Assembly: GCA_021324075.1 (NCBI GenBank)
Contig: JAJPJW010000040.1
Span: 2,255-66,254 of the forward strand
Length of the DNA stretch: 64,000 bases
Direction of reading: 5' to 3'
Origin: Pseudomonadota bacterium
GTDB lineage: Bacteria; Oederibacteriota; Muellerivitia; Muellerivitales; Muellerivitaceae
Of this stretch, positions 1-9,177 are shown in pieces. Below the pieces are notes generated by a model. The model saw only the letters and a list, made by a program, of their open reading frames with translations. It ran no database searches and was not told where the DNA came from. Made by a program: the position numbers and the translations under genes. Position 1 is the stretch's first letter, and each line of letters begins with the position of its first letter.

Positions 1-886
1 CCTGGAGGGCCTTGGGGATGTCCTCCCCGTGTCCCGGTCCCCGGGCCGTGCGGTCGTCCGTCCCGGCCAGTTCGAACCCGCCCCGGATCAAAACCCTTTC
101 GTTGCGCAGGGGCCGGATGCCGGCCGCCGAAAGCCAGGAGAGCCATTCGTCCACGTCGCCCGTGTAATACTCGTGGTTGCCCGTGGTGAAAAAAGCACCG
201 TCCTTGGCCCGGAGCGCCTTCAAGGGCGCGGTTTGCTCCTCAAGTTGGGCCACCGTCCCGTCCACCAGGTCGCCCGTGATGGCGATCAGGTCCGGCTGGA
301 GGCCGTTCACCCGCTCGACCACCGCCTCCACGAAATCCCTCCCCAGGATGGGCCCCACGTGGACGTCCGATATCTGGACGATGCGGTAGCCTTCCAGGGC
401 GGCGGGAAGCTTGCGCAAGGCCACGCGCACCTTTTTCACTTGGAGGGCCCCGGCCGTGGCGCCCAAAAGCCCGGCGGCTGAAACCCCCGCATCCCCCAAA
501 AGCACCAACCCACCGGAAAGCAGGGCCAGGAACCGCCGCCGGTCCGGGTCCAGAGGTTTGCCCAGGACCTTCCCAGGCAGGATCACCACCAGCAGTTTGA
601 CCAGGTCCGCCAGGGCCAACAGGACGGTCAGGAAGAAGGCCATGCCCAGCCAGGTATAGACCACGTCCATCACGGGGCCGGCCACCGGCCGCGGGGCGAA
701 ACGGCTGGAGAAAAGCCCCAGGGGGATGAGGAACCCCAGCAGGGCCAGGAGCACCGTCAGGCGTCCCCGCCAGGGGGCCGCCAGCCCCATGTCACGGATG
801 AGCCGCGCCCAAATGTAGTAATGGAGGCAGAAAAGGATGGAACAGGTGAAGGTCAGGAAAGTGGAGAGATGCCAAAGTGAATGCAA
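1..886 (-). CDS. Membrane-anchored metallophosphoesterase (calcineurin-like, YkuE-type); C-terminal part lies beyond the window start
   Basis: Absent from the ORF track because there is no stop inside the window. My minus-strand translation gives N-terminal hydrophobic helices, then the QISDVHVGP, LIAITGDLVDGT and FTTGNHEYYTGD metal-binding motifs. Start is TTG at 886 (upstream stop at 896-898) or the in-frame ATG at 790. Confidence 0.8.
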   Translation of the reverse strand, partial: MHSLWHLSTFLTFTCSILFCLHYYIWARLIRDMGLAAPWRGRLTVLLALLGFLIPLGLFSSRFAPRPVAGPVMDVVYTWLGMAFFLTVLLALADLVKLLVVILPGKVLGKPLDPDRRRFLALLSGGLVLLGDAGVSAAGLLGATAGALQVKKVRVALRKLPAALEGYRIVQISDVHVGPILGRDFVEAVVERVNGLQPDLIAITGDLVDGTVAQLEEQTAPLKALRAKDGAFFTTGNHEYYTGDVDEWLSWLSAAGIRPLRNERVLIRGGFELAGTDDRTARGPGHGEDIPKALQ

Positions 887-915
887 AGTTTTTTCCTAAA
901 TCAAAATCGGTTGAA

Positions 916-1044
916 CCGCCAAGACGCCAAGTCCGCCAAGAAAAGCAAAAACCAAAACAGGATACCTGAAAATATGTTTAAAAATCCTGCGGTTTAAACG
1001 AATCTCGAATGAATGTGTTCTTGGCGGACTTGGCGTCTTGGCGG
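916..1044. repeat. Perfect 27-bp inverted repeat (three CGCCAAG units per arm) with a 75-nt AT-rich spacer
   Basis: CCGCCAAGACGCCAAGTCCGCCAAGAA at 916-942 is exactly reverse-complemented at 1018-1044. It lies between the kinase stop (1052) and the phosphoesterase start (886). Confidence 0.9.
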
Positions 1045-1051
1045 TAAAAAT

Positions 1052-4000
1052 TTATTTTTCTTTCACGGCCGTTTCCAGGGGCAGTTGCAGGGCGAAATAG
1101 GACCCGTGGGGCGAGAGGCGTTTGATGGCGATGCGGCCCCCGTGGGCCTCCGCGATCTTCTGGCTGATGGGAAGCCCCAGCCCCGACCCCTGTTTCTTGG
1201 TGGTCGACGAGGGTTCGAAGAAGCGGGACATGTCCGCTTCGGGGACGCCCGGGCCGTCGTCCTCCACTCCCAGGATCATCCAGCCGTCCTTCGCCTTGCC
1301 CGAAAGGACGATCGTCCCCTTGCCGTCCAGCGCCTGGTAGGCGTTCAGGATCAGGTTGACCAGCACCTGCTGCAACCGGTCCGCGTCGCCCAGGAAATCG
1401 GGCAGGTCCTTCTCCATCCGCCATTCCACCAGGGTGAGGGCCTGGGTGGCGCCCATCTGGGCCTGGGCCAGGAGCAGGGACTCTTCCAGCAGGATGCGCG
1501 GGTTGACCGGCGCCTTGTGGATCTCCATGCTGCGGGAATAATCCAGGATGTCGTTCATGAAGAATTTCAGGCGGCCGGCCTGGGCCAGGATGGTTTCCAG
1601 CTCCTGCGAATACTCGGAGCGGGTTTCCAGCTTGGTCTTCAGGATCTGGCTCATGCCCGAGACCACCGCCAGGGGGTTGCGGACTTCGTGGGCGATGGCG
1701 GCGATGACCTTGCCCACCGCGGCCAGCCGCTCGTAGCGCAGGAGCATCTGGCTGATGCGCTTGCTCTCGGCGATGTCGCGGAAGAGGGCCAGGGCGCACT
1801 TGCGGCCCTGGTAGGTGAAGGGGATGCCGCTGGCTTCCACCTGGATGCGTTCCCCGTTCACGGCCAAAAGTTCCGTTTCCCGCACCGGGGCGTCCAATCC
1901 TTCCTCCAGGGTCGAGGTCATGCGTTTGGCCACGAGTTCCCGGTGCTCGGGAAGGACGAAATCCAGCATGGGTTTCCCCACCAGTTCCTCCGACCGGGAT
2001 GCCTTGAAAAGCTTGGCCGCCTCCGCGTTGGCGGAGGCGATAAGCCGGTTCTGGCCCACGACCATGACCGAAAGGGGGATGGATTCCACCAGGTGGCGGT
2101 AAAGCTGCTCGCTTTCCCGCAGGGCCTTTTCGGCCTTCTTACTCTCGGTGACGTCACGGAAGATGGAAAGCCCCAGCTTGCGCCCCTGGAAGGTGATGGG
2201 AATGCCGCGGATTTCCACCTGGACCTTCGTGCCGTCCAGGGCCAGCAGTTCGGTTTCCTTGTTTTCCGTATCCTCCCTTTCCCCGATGACCTTCTGGATG
2301 CGCCCGCGGGCGGCTTCCTGGTTTTCGGGAAGGGTGAAATCGAAGAACGACCGGCCGATCAAATCCCCGATGCGGGGGGCCCCCAGCAGGCGGGCGGCCT
2401 CGCCGTTGGCCGACACGATGGTCCCTTCCTCCCCGATCACCATCATGGCCAGGGGGATTTCGGCCACCAGCCGCCGGTAGTCCTTTTCGCTTTCCCGCAG
2501 GGCGCCCTCGACCTTCTTGCGCTCGGTGATGTCCCGCACGATGGTCATGACCGCCGGGATGCCCTGGTAGAGGATGGGGGTGCCCTTGGTTTCGGCGTCG
2601 AAGGCCCTCCCGTCCTTCCGGACGAGCTTTTGCTCGATCCATTCGGTGGGCTGGCCCGTCTGCAGGATTTCCTCGACGCGCCGCAGCGCCTCTTCGCGGT
2701 TGTCGGGGTGGAGGAACTCGACCAGGGAGCTCCCGTCCACTTGCTCGGGGGAGGCGGTGAACATCTTCAGGCCCGTTGAATTGACGTAAAGGATCCGGCC
2801 CGCGGCGTGCACCACGATGGCCTCGGGCAGCAGTTCCACCAGCTTGCGGTAACGCTCCTCGCTTTCGGTGAGGATCCTTTCGGCGGCCTTCTGCCAGGTC
2901 AGGTCCCGGACGGTCATGACCCTCAAAGTGCGGCCCTTGTCCTGGTAGTTGCGGCCGTGCAGTTCGGCGTGGAAGGTGCTGCCGTCCTTGCGCAGGGCCA
3001 GCACCTCGTAGGGGGCCGCCGCACTGGCCTCCATGTTCCGGAGGGCCTCCTTGCGGCTTTCGGGCGCGATGAAATCGAAGCCGCTTTTGCCGATCATTTC
3101 CTCGGCCGGATAGCCCATCATGGCGGCCAGGGCCGGGTTTACGTCCGTCACTGTGGGGTTCTCGTGGATAAGGATGCCCTCCCGGGTCAGCTCGGTGAAC
3201 CGCTGGAAGCGCTCCTGGCTCTCCCGTAAGGCCTCCTCGGCCTTCTTGCGCTCGTCGATGAAGGAAAGGGAAAAGCAGACCCCCTGCACCGCCCCCTGGG
3301 GATTGAGGACCGGCTGGTAATTGACCTCGACCCAGCGCTCCATGCCCTCGGCCGAGCGGATGGTCCGCTCCCCCCGGGATTCCTTGCCCTCCAGGGCGGC
3401 CTGGAAGCTGGCCGTGAAGACCTCCGGGTCCGCCCCCGGCGGCAGGGTTTTGATGAAGGGTATGCCCTTTTGCAGCGGCCCCCCGAGCACGCGCCGGGCC
3501 ATGAAGTCGGCGGTTTGGTTGAAGTTCTGGATGTTCCCGTCCGGGCCGATCAACACGACCACCTGGGAGCCGCTGTTGAAGACGGCCTTCAAGTCGGCCT
3601 CGGATTTCCTCAGGGCTTCCTCGGCCTTTTTGCGGCCGGTGATGTTTTCGATCATGACCAGGGAATACATTTTTTCCCCCCGGCTGTTGCGGATCAGGGT
3701 GCCCGACACGCGGGCCCAAAGCGACTCCCCGTTTTTCCTCAAATATCTTTTTTCGGTTTCAAAACGGTCCGTCTCCTGGCTGTGGACCTTCTGCGCGATC
3801 GTCGTCGTTTGCTTCAGGTCCTCCGGATGGGTGATCTCGAAAAGGGTCTTTCCGATAAGGTCCGCCTCCGGATAGCCCAACAGCTCCTGGAAGGCCCGGT
3901 TGACCTTGAGGAATTTGTAGTCGTTGATCATGGCCATGGCCGTGGAGGCGTCCTCGAAGATGCGGCGGAATTTCTCTTCGCTTTCCTTTAGGGCTTCCTC

Positions 4001-7000
4001 GGCCCGCTTTTGCTCGGTGATGTCCTCGATCATTCCAAGGCTGTAGAGGAATTCCCCCTGGGCGTTCAGGAAGCTTTGGACCGTCAGGTTGGCCCAAACG
4101 ACGCGCCCGTCCCTGTGAAGATAGCGTTTTTTCAACCGGAACCCCTTGCCTTCGAGTACACCGTCGGCAAAGGAAAAATTTTGGGCCAAATCGTCCGGAT
4201 GGGTGAATTCCCGGAAGGCCCTCCCCACCAGTTCCCCGGGGCCATAGCCCAGCATTTCACCGAAGGCCCGGTTGACGTGGAGGAAACGGAATTCCTTGTC
4301 CACCAGGGTCATGCCCATGGGGGCGCTTTCGAAGACCTTGCGGAACTTTTCTTCGCTGTCCTTCAGGGCCTCTTCGGCCTTTTTGCGTCCGTCGATGTCC
4401 AGCGAGGTCAGGCAGACGCCCGTCACCTCGCCTTTTTCATCCGTCACGGGGTTATAGGTGTATTCGAACCAGCGGAACGAACCGTCATGGAAGCGGTAGC
4501 GGCCTTCCGCCTGGAACACCCGGCCCTGGAGTGCGCCCGCAAGTTTCTCCCGGAATGATTCCTGGGCCGCCGGCGCCAGGTCCTGGGTGAGGTGCTTCCC
4601 GATTTGAAGGGACTTTCCGAGGAACTGCATCATGAAGTTGGAGGCCGCCTGGTTGAAGAACTGGATGACGCCCTCCCGGTCCACCACGGTCAGGCCCTGG
4701 GTACTGCTGTTGAAGATGGCCCTGAGGTTGGACTCGGATTTCCGGAGCGCTTCCTCGGCCTTTTTCCGGTCGTCGATGGATTGGGAGATGAAGCAGATCC
4801 CCGCCGTGGCGCCCGTCTCATCCACCACCGGATGGTAGGTGAATTCCACCCAATGCCGGTTCCCGTCCGCGAAAACATAGGGCCTCTCAATGTGGACCGT
4901 CTCACCCCGGCCAACCCGGTCCAGGCGGCCCTGGGCCTCGGCCCGGTCCCCCTCGCGCACATAGTCGAGGAAGGGCGCCCCGGCCTTGAAGGCCTTGCCG
5001 GTGGCCGCAAGGAAGATTTTCTCCGCCATGTTGTTGAAGTTCTGGATGACGCCCTGGGCGTCCATGAGCACGATGGCCTGTTGGACGCTGTTGAAGAGGG
5101 TGCGCAGCTGGTTTTCGGATTTTTCCAGGGCCTCGGCGGCCTTCTTGCGCCCCTGGATGGAACCCAGGGCCACGCAAACCCCGATGACCTTGCCCTGGGG
5201 GTCGCAGACCGGGTTGTAGGTGAACTCGTACCATTCCTCCTTGCCCGAGGGCGACTTGACCGGCCGCTCCAGGTGGAGGGTCTCGCCCTGGAGGACCCTC
5301 TTGAACCTTTCCTTAAAGGCTTTCACATGCTCCAGTTCGATGTAATCCGACAGCGGGCGGCCCAGCTCCAGTTCCTGCCTGCGCATCCGCCACACGCCTT
5401 CCTGGGCCAGTTGGTTGAAATCCCTGATCCTCCCCGTTCGCCCGGCCAGGATGAACCCTCGCACGCTGCTGTTGAAGACCGCCCGCAGGTCCGCCTCGGA
5501 CTTTTGCAGGGCCTCCCGGGCCTGTTTGCGCTCGTCGATGTCCAGGGAGGTCAGGCAGACCCCCTCGATCTCGCCGCCGGCGCCGAAGACCGGGTGGTAA
5601 TTGACCTCGAACCAGTGCACTTCCCCTTCGCCCACGGGCAGGGGCCGCTCCAACTGCACCGCCTCGCCGTCCAGCACCTGCTTGAGGTTCTTTTGGAAAA
5701 ATTTCACGTTCTCCGGGTGGAAATACTCGGCCATGTCCCGCCCGACTTCCAGTTCCTTGCCCGTTTCCTCATGGACGGCCGCGGCGGCGTTCGGGTTGAA
5801 GGCCTTGATGCGCCCTTCCCGGTCCATCAGCACGATGTTCTGGAAGGTATTGTGGAAGACCGCGCGCAGGTTGTTTTCGGATTCCTGCAGGGCTTCCTGC
5901 ACCCGCTTGCGGTCGGTGGTTTCGTGGATGATGCCCAGTCCCCCGATGATTTCCCCCCGGCTGTTCTTCAGGGGGGAATAGGACGCCGCGAAATAACCCT
6001 GCCGGCCCGCGGGTGTGCGGTAGGGCCGGTCCTGGGTGACCGAGGTGCGGCCCTTCAGGGCCTCGTGAAAATGGTGGTCCTCCCCGATCTGCTTGAGGAA
6101 GGGGAAGACGTCGAAGGCGCATTGGCCCAGCACTTCCTCCCGGGAATGGCCGCTGATGCGTTCCATGGCCGGGTTCCAGAGGGTGTAGCGGCATTCCAAA
6201 TCGAAGGCCAGCAGGCCGTCGATGCTGCTGTTGATGAGGTTCTGGGAGAAATCCTTCTGGCGCAGGACCTCTTCCTCGATCTTCTTGCGCTGGGTGATGT
6301 CGTGGAAGAAGGCCACGCGCACCCGCCGGCCCTGGTAGGTGGTCATGCGGGGGCTGATCTCCACCGGAAACCGGCTGCCGTCCTTGCGCAGCCCCATGAC
6401 TTCGTAGGTGGTCTCCACCTCGTCCAGGACCTTTTTAAGGAGGGTTTCCCGGAACTCGGGGGCGGTGAACTCCAGGGCGTTGCGGCCGATCATTTCGGAG
6501 ACCTGCAGGCCGAACATGCGGGCCAGGGCCGGGTTGGCGATCAGTACCACGCCCTTATCGGACACCGCGATGCCGTCCCGGGAGGCGTCGGTGAGCTTGC
6601 GGAAAAGGTCCTGGCTCTCGAAAAGTTCCTGTTCCCTTTTCTTGGCCCGGGTGATGTCCAGGAAGGTGGTCACTCGCACAGCCTTGCCGCGGTATTGGAT
6701 GGCTTTGCCTTGGACCAGGCAGTGGAAACGGGTGCCGTCACGGCGGATTCCGAGGATTTCATAGGGCTCCTCCGATCCAGTGCGGATCTGGTTGAGCGCC
6801 AGCTGCCGGTACTCGGGGGCGACGAAATCAAGGCCGTTTTTTCCCACGACTTCCTCGGGGGACTGGAACCCCAGTATCCGGGCGAAGGCCTGGTTGACTT
6901 CCAGGACGAGGCCGTTCTCGTGGATACACACCCCTTCCGTGGCCGACTGGGAGAGGCGTTGGAACTTGGCCTCGTTCTCCGCTAGGGCCTCCCGCACTTC

Positions 7001-7357
7001 ATGGAGGTCGGTAACATCCCGGCCCGTGAGGAAAAAAGCCCGTTCCTCCTTGAGGAATTGGCAGCTCCAACGGATATGGCGGTAGTCCTTGTTGCGGCCC
7101 CTGCAACGGCAGGTGAATTCCGCCCGCGCGGCCCCCTGGAGGAGTTTTTGGATTTCCATCTGGGCCCGGGAAAGGTCTTCGGGGTGCAGTAGGTCGAAAA
7201 AGGGAGAGTCCTGAAGATCACGGGGAGTGAAGCCCAGGCTTTTCTGCCAGGCCGGATTGGTTTGCGAAAAACAGCCGTCTTCCGTCAATACGGCCATCAA
7301 CTCGGAGGAGAGTTCGAAAAAAGAATGAAGTTGGTCCTGGCCGATTTCAGAGGACAT
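1052..7357 (-). CDS. Multi-PAS sensor histidine kinase, about 15 tandem PAS/PAC domains plus HisKA and HATPase_c, cytoplasmic
   Basis: 2101-aa ORF. I counted 15 PAS modules separated by RKKAEEALRxSE-type linkers. The C-terminus has the H-box IAHEVRNPL, N-box NLILNAYQA, G1 DDGPGV and G2 GSGLGL. No hydrophobic N-terminus. Confidence 0.95.
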   Translation of the reverse strand: MSSEIGQDQLHSFFELSSELMAVLTEDGCFSQTNPAWQKSLGFTPRDLQDSPFFDLLHPEDLSRAQMEIQKLLQGAARAEFTCRCRGRNKDYRHIRWSCQFLKEERAFFLTGRDVTDLHEVREALAENEAKFQRLSQSATEGVCIHENGLVLEVNQAFARILGFQSPEEVVGKNGLDFVAPEYRQLALNQIRTGSEEPYEILGIRRDGTRFHCLVQGKAIQYRGKAVRVTTFLDITRAKKREQELFESQDLFRKLTDASRDGIAVSDKGVVLIANPALARMFGLQVSEMIGRNALEFTAPEFRETLLKKVLDEVETTYEVMGLRKDGSRFPVEISPRMTTYQGRRVRVAFFHDITQRKKIEEEVLRQKDFSQNLINSSIDGLLAFDLECRYTLWNPAMERISGHSREEVLGQCAFDVFPFLKQIGEDHHFHEALKGRTSVTQDRPYRTPAGRQGYFAASYSPLKNSRGEIIGGLGIIHETTDRKRVQEALQESENNLRAVFHNTFQNIVLMDREGRIKAFNPNAAAAVHEETGKELEVGRDMAEYFHPENVKFFQKNLKQVLDGEAVQLERPLPVGEGEVHWFEVNYHPVFGAGGEIEGVCLTSLDIDERKQAREALQKSEADLRAVFNSSVRGFILAGRTGRIRDFNQLAQEGVWRMRRQELELGRPLSDYIELEHVKAFKERFKRVLQGETLHLERPVKSPSGKEEWYEFTYNPVCDPQGKVIGVCVALGSIQGRKKAAEALEKSENQLRTLFNSVQQAIVLMDAQGVIQNFNNMAEKIFLAATGKAFKAGAPFLDYVREGDRAEAQGRLDRVGRGETVHIERPYVFADGNRHWVEFTYHPVVDETGATAGICFISQSIDDRKKAEEALRKSESNLRAIFNSSTQGLTVVDREGVIQFFNQAASNFMMQFLGKSLQIGKHLTQDLAPAAQESFREKLAGALQGRVFQAEGRYRFHDGSFRWFEYTYNPVTDEKGEVTGVCLTSLDIDGRKKAEEALKDSEEKFRKVFESAPMGMTLVDKEFRFLHVNRAFGEMLGYGPGELVGRAFREFTHPDDLAQNFSFADGVLEGKGFRLKKRYLHRDGRVVWANLTVQSFLNAQGEFLYSLGMIEDITEQKRAEEALKESEEKFRRIFEDASTAMAMINDYKFLKVNRAFQELLGYPEADLIGKTLFEITHPEDLKQTTTIAQKVHSQETDRFETEKRYLRKNGESLWARVSGTLIRNSRGEKMYSLVMIENITGRKKAEEALRKSEADLKAVFNSGSQVVVLIGPDGNIQNFNQTADFMARRVLGGPLQKGIPFIKTLPPGADPEVFTASFQAALEGKESRGERTIRSAEGMERWVEVNYQPVLNPQGAVQGVCFSLSFIDERKKAEEALRESQERFQRFTELTREGILIHENPTVTDVNPALAAMMGYPAEEMIGKSGFDFIAPESRKEALRNMEASAAAPYEVLALRKDGSTFHAELHGRNYQDKGRTLRVMTVRDLTWQKAAERILTESEERYRKLVELLPEAIVVHAAGRILYVNSTGLKMFTASPEQVDGSSLVEFLHPDNREEALRRVEEILQTGQPTEWIEQKLVRKDGRAFDAETKGTPILYQGIPAVMTIVRDITERKKVEGALRESEKDYRRLVAEIPLAMMVIGEEGTIVSANGEAARLLGAPRIGDLIGRSFFDFTLPENQEAARGRIQKVIGEREDTENKETELLALDGTKVQVEIRGIPITFQGRKLGLSIFRDVTESKKAEKALRESEQLYRHLVESIPLSVMVVGQNRLIASANAEAAKLFKASRSEELVGKPMLDFVLPEHRELVAKRMTSTLEEGLDAPVRETELLAVNGERIQVEASGIPFTYQGRKCALALFRDIAESKRISQMLLRYERLAAVGKVIAAIAHEVRNPLAVVSGMSQILKTKLETRSEYSQELETILAQAGRLKFFMNDILDYSRSMEIHKAPVNPRILLEESLLLAQAQMGATQALTLVEWRMEKDLPDFLGDADRLQQVLVNLILNAYQALDGKGTIVLSGKAKDGWMILGVEDDGPGVPEADMSRFFEPSSTTKKQGSGLGLPISQKIAEAHGGRIAIKRLSPHGSYFALQLPLETAVKEK

Positions 7358-7538
7358 GGCGCCTTCAAAAAAGACGGAGTCTTACCCTTGAAAAAGGGGA
7401 AGGCCGATTATTTTACCAGAGGAAGGCCTAAAACAATCCTGCCGCGGGTCCCTCCGGCGAAGACGAAAGAAACCGGCAAAGAGCCTTTTTTGGGCTTTTT
7501 AGAGGGCACCCCGGCTTAGATGCCGCTTTTGCCTTACA

Positions 7539-7575
7539 CCCTCTCCCTCCAGGGAGAGGGCGGGGTGAGGGGGAG
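7539..7575. repeat. G/C hairpin plus GGGGGAG repeat (copy 1)
   Basis: CCCTCTCCCT-CC-AGGGAGAGGG hairpin followed by CGGGGTGAGGGGGAG. The same hairpin-plus-GGGGGAGT layout occurs at 28608-28640. Confidence 0.6.
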
Positions 7576-7612
7576 TCTTACCTTGTGACATGCCTTTCGG
7601 CCATACGCCGAA

Positions 7613-8080
7613 TTACCGGGTCTTCCAGCGGGCTGTTTCTTCCTCGGTCAGGTCCACCCAAAGCCGCAGTTCGACCGGCTGCTCCAGGATGAAAACGGTC
7701 AAATGGGAGTCGGGTTTTCGGTCGGGCCAGTGGCGCGGCACGGATTTCTTGAACAGGAGCGGGGGAAGCGTTCGGCTGTCCAATTGCCAGTACTTGCCGA
7801 CGAATTGGTGCCAGAACACCACGATCATTTGCAGGAAGAGGTCGTGGGGAACTTCCTTGTTTTTGGCCAGCCGGGCCAGCCCTTCCCCGAATTCTTTGGA
7901 GGTCCTTAGGACCAGGATGCCCTTGGAGGGCTCGGAGAAGAGGAAGCCTTCCTCGTTGGGTAGGACCTGGATATCCGTATCCACCGAGGCCACTTTCTTG
8001 GAAGGGAGCTTCAACCAGCGGTAGATGACGGCGTTGAAAAAATCGTAAAGGTCGTCGGAGGACGGTATGGGTTTTTCCAT
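7613..8080 (-). CDS. Hypothetical protein (155 aa)
   Basis: This ORF frame has a normal amino-acid composition, unlike the overlapping R/G/P-rich frame 7578..8144. ATG at 8080 is preceded by GAGG with a 5-nt spacer. No family recognised. Confidence 0.6.
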   Translation of the reverse strand: MEKPIPSSDDLYDFFNAVIYRWLKLPSKKVASVDTDIQVLPNEEGFLFSEPSKGILVLRTSKEFGEGLARLAKNKEVPHDLFLQMIVVFWHQFVGKYWQLDSRTLPPLLFKKSVPRHWPDRKPDSHLTVFILEQPVELRLWVDLTEEETARWKTR

Positions 8081-8284
8081 TAAAACCTCGCCAGGACGTG
8101 GAACGGATGGAAGGACTGCCGCGGATGCCGGACCCATGCAACACCTCTTTTAGAGTAATGAACTTCGCTATAGAGGTAAAGCAATTCGGGTGCCAGGGCC
8201 TTCAGTGGTTTATAAGGAGATTTCGGGATTGAAAAAGGAGGGAGATGGGTCTTTTTTACCCATTGGGTCGAAAAGCCGGACGGT

Positions 8285-9109
8285 TTAGTCGACCACCCGG
8301 CGGGCGAAGGCGGTCTGCACCAGGGGCCAGCCCCAGAAGGCTTCGCCCAGGATCCATTGGATGACCTTGGCGCCGTCCAGGAGCCTGGGGCCGGGGCGGT
8401 TCAGGAGGGATTCCTCGATGCTGAAAATCCGGCGCTTGCGCACGGCGTTGAGCTTCTCCCAGCCGATGCGTTTCAGGGCTTCCGCGGGGTCGAAGGTCAG
8501 GCCCGCGCCATAGACGGAAAAGATGATGATTTCCGGGTCGAATTTCATCATTTCCTCGATCTTGACCGGCCGGCTCAGTTCCCGGGAGAGCATGGGGAAA
8601 TAATGGGCCCCCGCCTCCACCATGAGCTCCGAGTACCATCCCCCCGCCGCCGAGGGCGGCTTGTTCCATTGTTCCACGTAAAGCTTGGGCCGGTAGGCGT
8701 TGAAGGGGATCTTTTCCTTGAGGGCCGCCAGGCCCCCCGTGAAATCCTGCGTCAGCTGCTTGGCCCGGTCCATGGTGCCGGTCACCTTGCCGACCTGCAG
8801 GAAGGCGTCCTCCACCTCCCGCAGGGAGCGGGGGTCCAGGTGCAGCACGTGGAAGCCCTTTTCCTTCAGGCGCTTGTAGAGGTCCTGCTGGCCCACGGAG
8901 AAGGTCAGGCACAGGTCCGCCTTGAGGCTCTGCACCCGGCCCTCGGCCATGGAAAACCAATACTCGGGTTTGTTGCGGTCGCTGGCCGGCGGTTCGGCCT
9001 CGCAGTATTCCTTGAGGGTGGTGACTTCTTCGTTGAAGCCGAGGAAATTCAGGATCTCGGTGGTGGCGTGGGAAAAAGAGGCGATGTGCTTGGGAGGGGT
9101 GAAAGGCAT
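8285..9109 (-). CDS. Periplasmic-binding-protein fold, BtuF/TroA-like (cobalamin/siderophore-binding family), no signal peptide
   Basis: 274 aa. The N-terminal IASFSHATTEILNFLG matches the first beta-alpha unit of class III substrate-binding proteins. The C-terminal NRPGPRLLDGAKVI is typical of BtuF-like proteins. Confidence 0.7.
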   Translation of the reverse strand: MPFTPPKHIASFSHATTEILNFLGFNEEVTTLKEYCEAEPPASDRNKPEYWFSMAEGRVQSLKADLCLTFSVGQQDLYKRLKEKGFHVLHLDPRSLREVEDAFLQVGKVTGTMDRAKQLTQDFTGGLAALKEKIPFNAYRPKLYVEQWNKPPSAAGGWYSELMVEAGAHYFPMLSRELSRPVKIEEMMKFDPEIIIFSVYGAGLTFDPAEALKRIGWEKLNAVRKRRIFSIEESLLNRPGPRLLDGAKVIQWILGEAFWGWPLVQTAFARRVVD

Positions 9110-9177
9110 GCAGGGAGTGTAGGGGAAAGGCTCGGCCCTTTTCCAGCCTTTTCTGGAAAGGCCCCCTGTCGTTTCTT

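Noticed and set aside
4592-6985. 797-aa plus-strand ORF (and 1013..2779, 2154..3719, 3470..3991, 4010..4558) overlapping the PAS kinase gene
   Set aside because: The products are Gly/Arg/Pro/Leu/Val-rich with no motifs. They lie antisense or out of frame to a gene with clear domain content. Long stop-free shadow ORFs are expected in GC-rich DNA.
7584-7590. TGTGACA (TGTCACA on the minus strand) as a second ECF41-type -35 element
   Set aside because: On the minus strand the sequence 16 nt downstream is CACC, not CGTC.
7578-8144. Alternative 188-aa frame overlapping the hypothetical gene 7613..8080
   Set aside because: It is Arg/Gly/Pro-rich with no RBS. The other frame has balanced composition and a GAGG site before its ATG.
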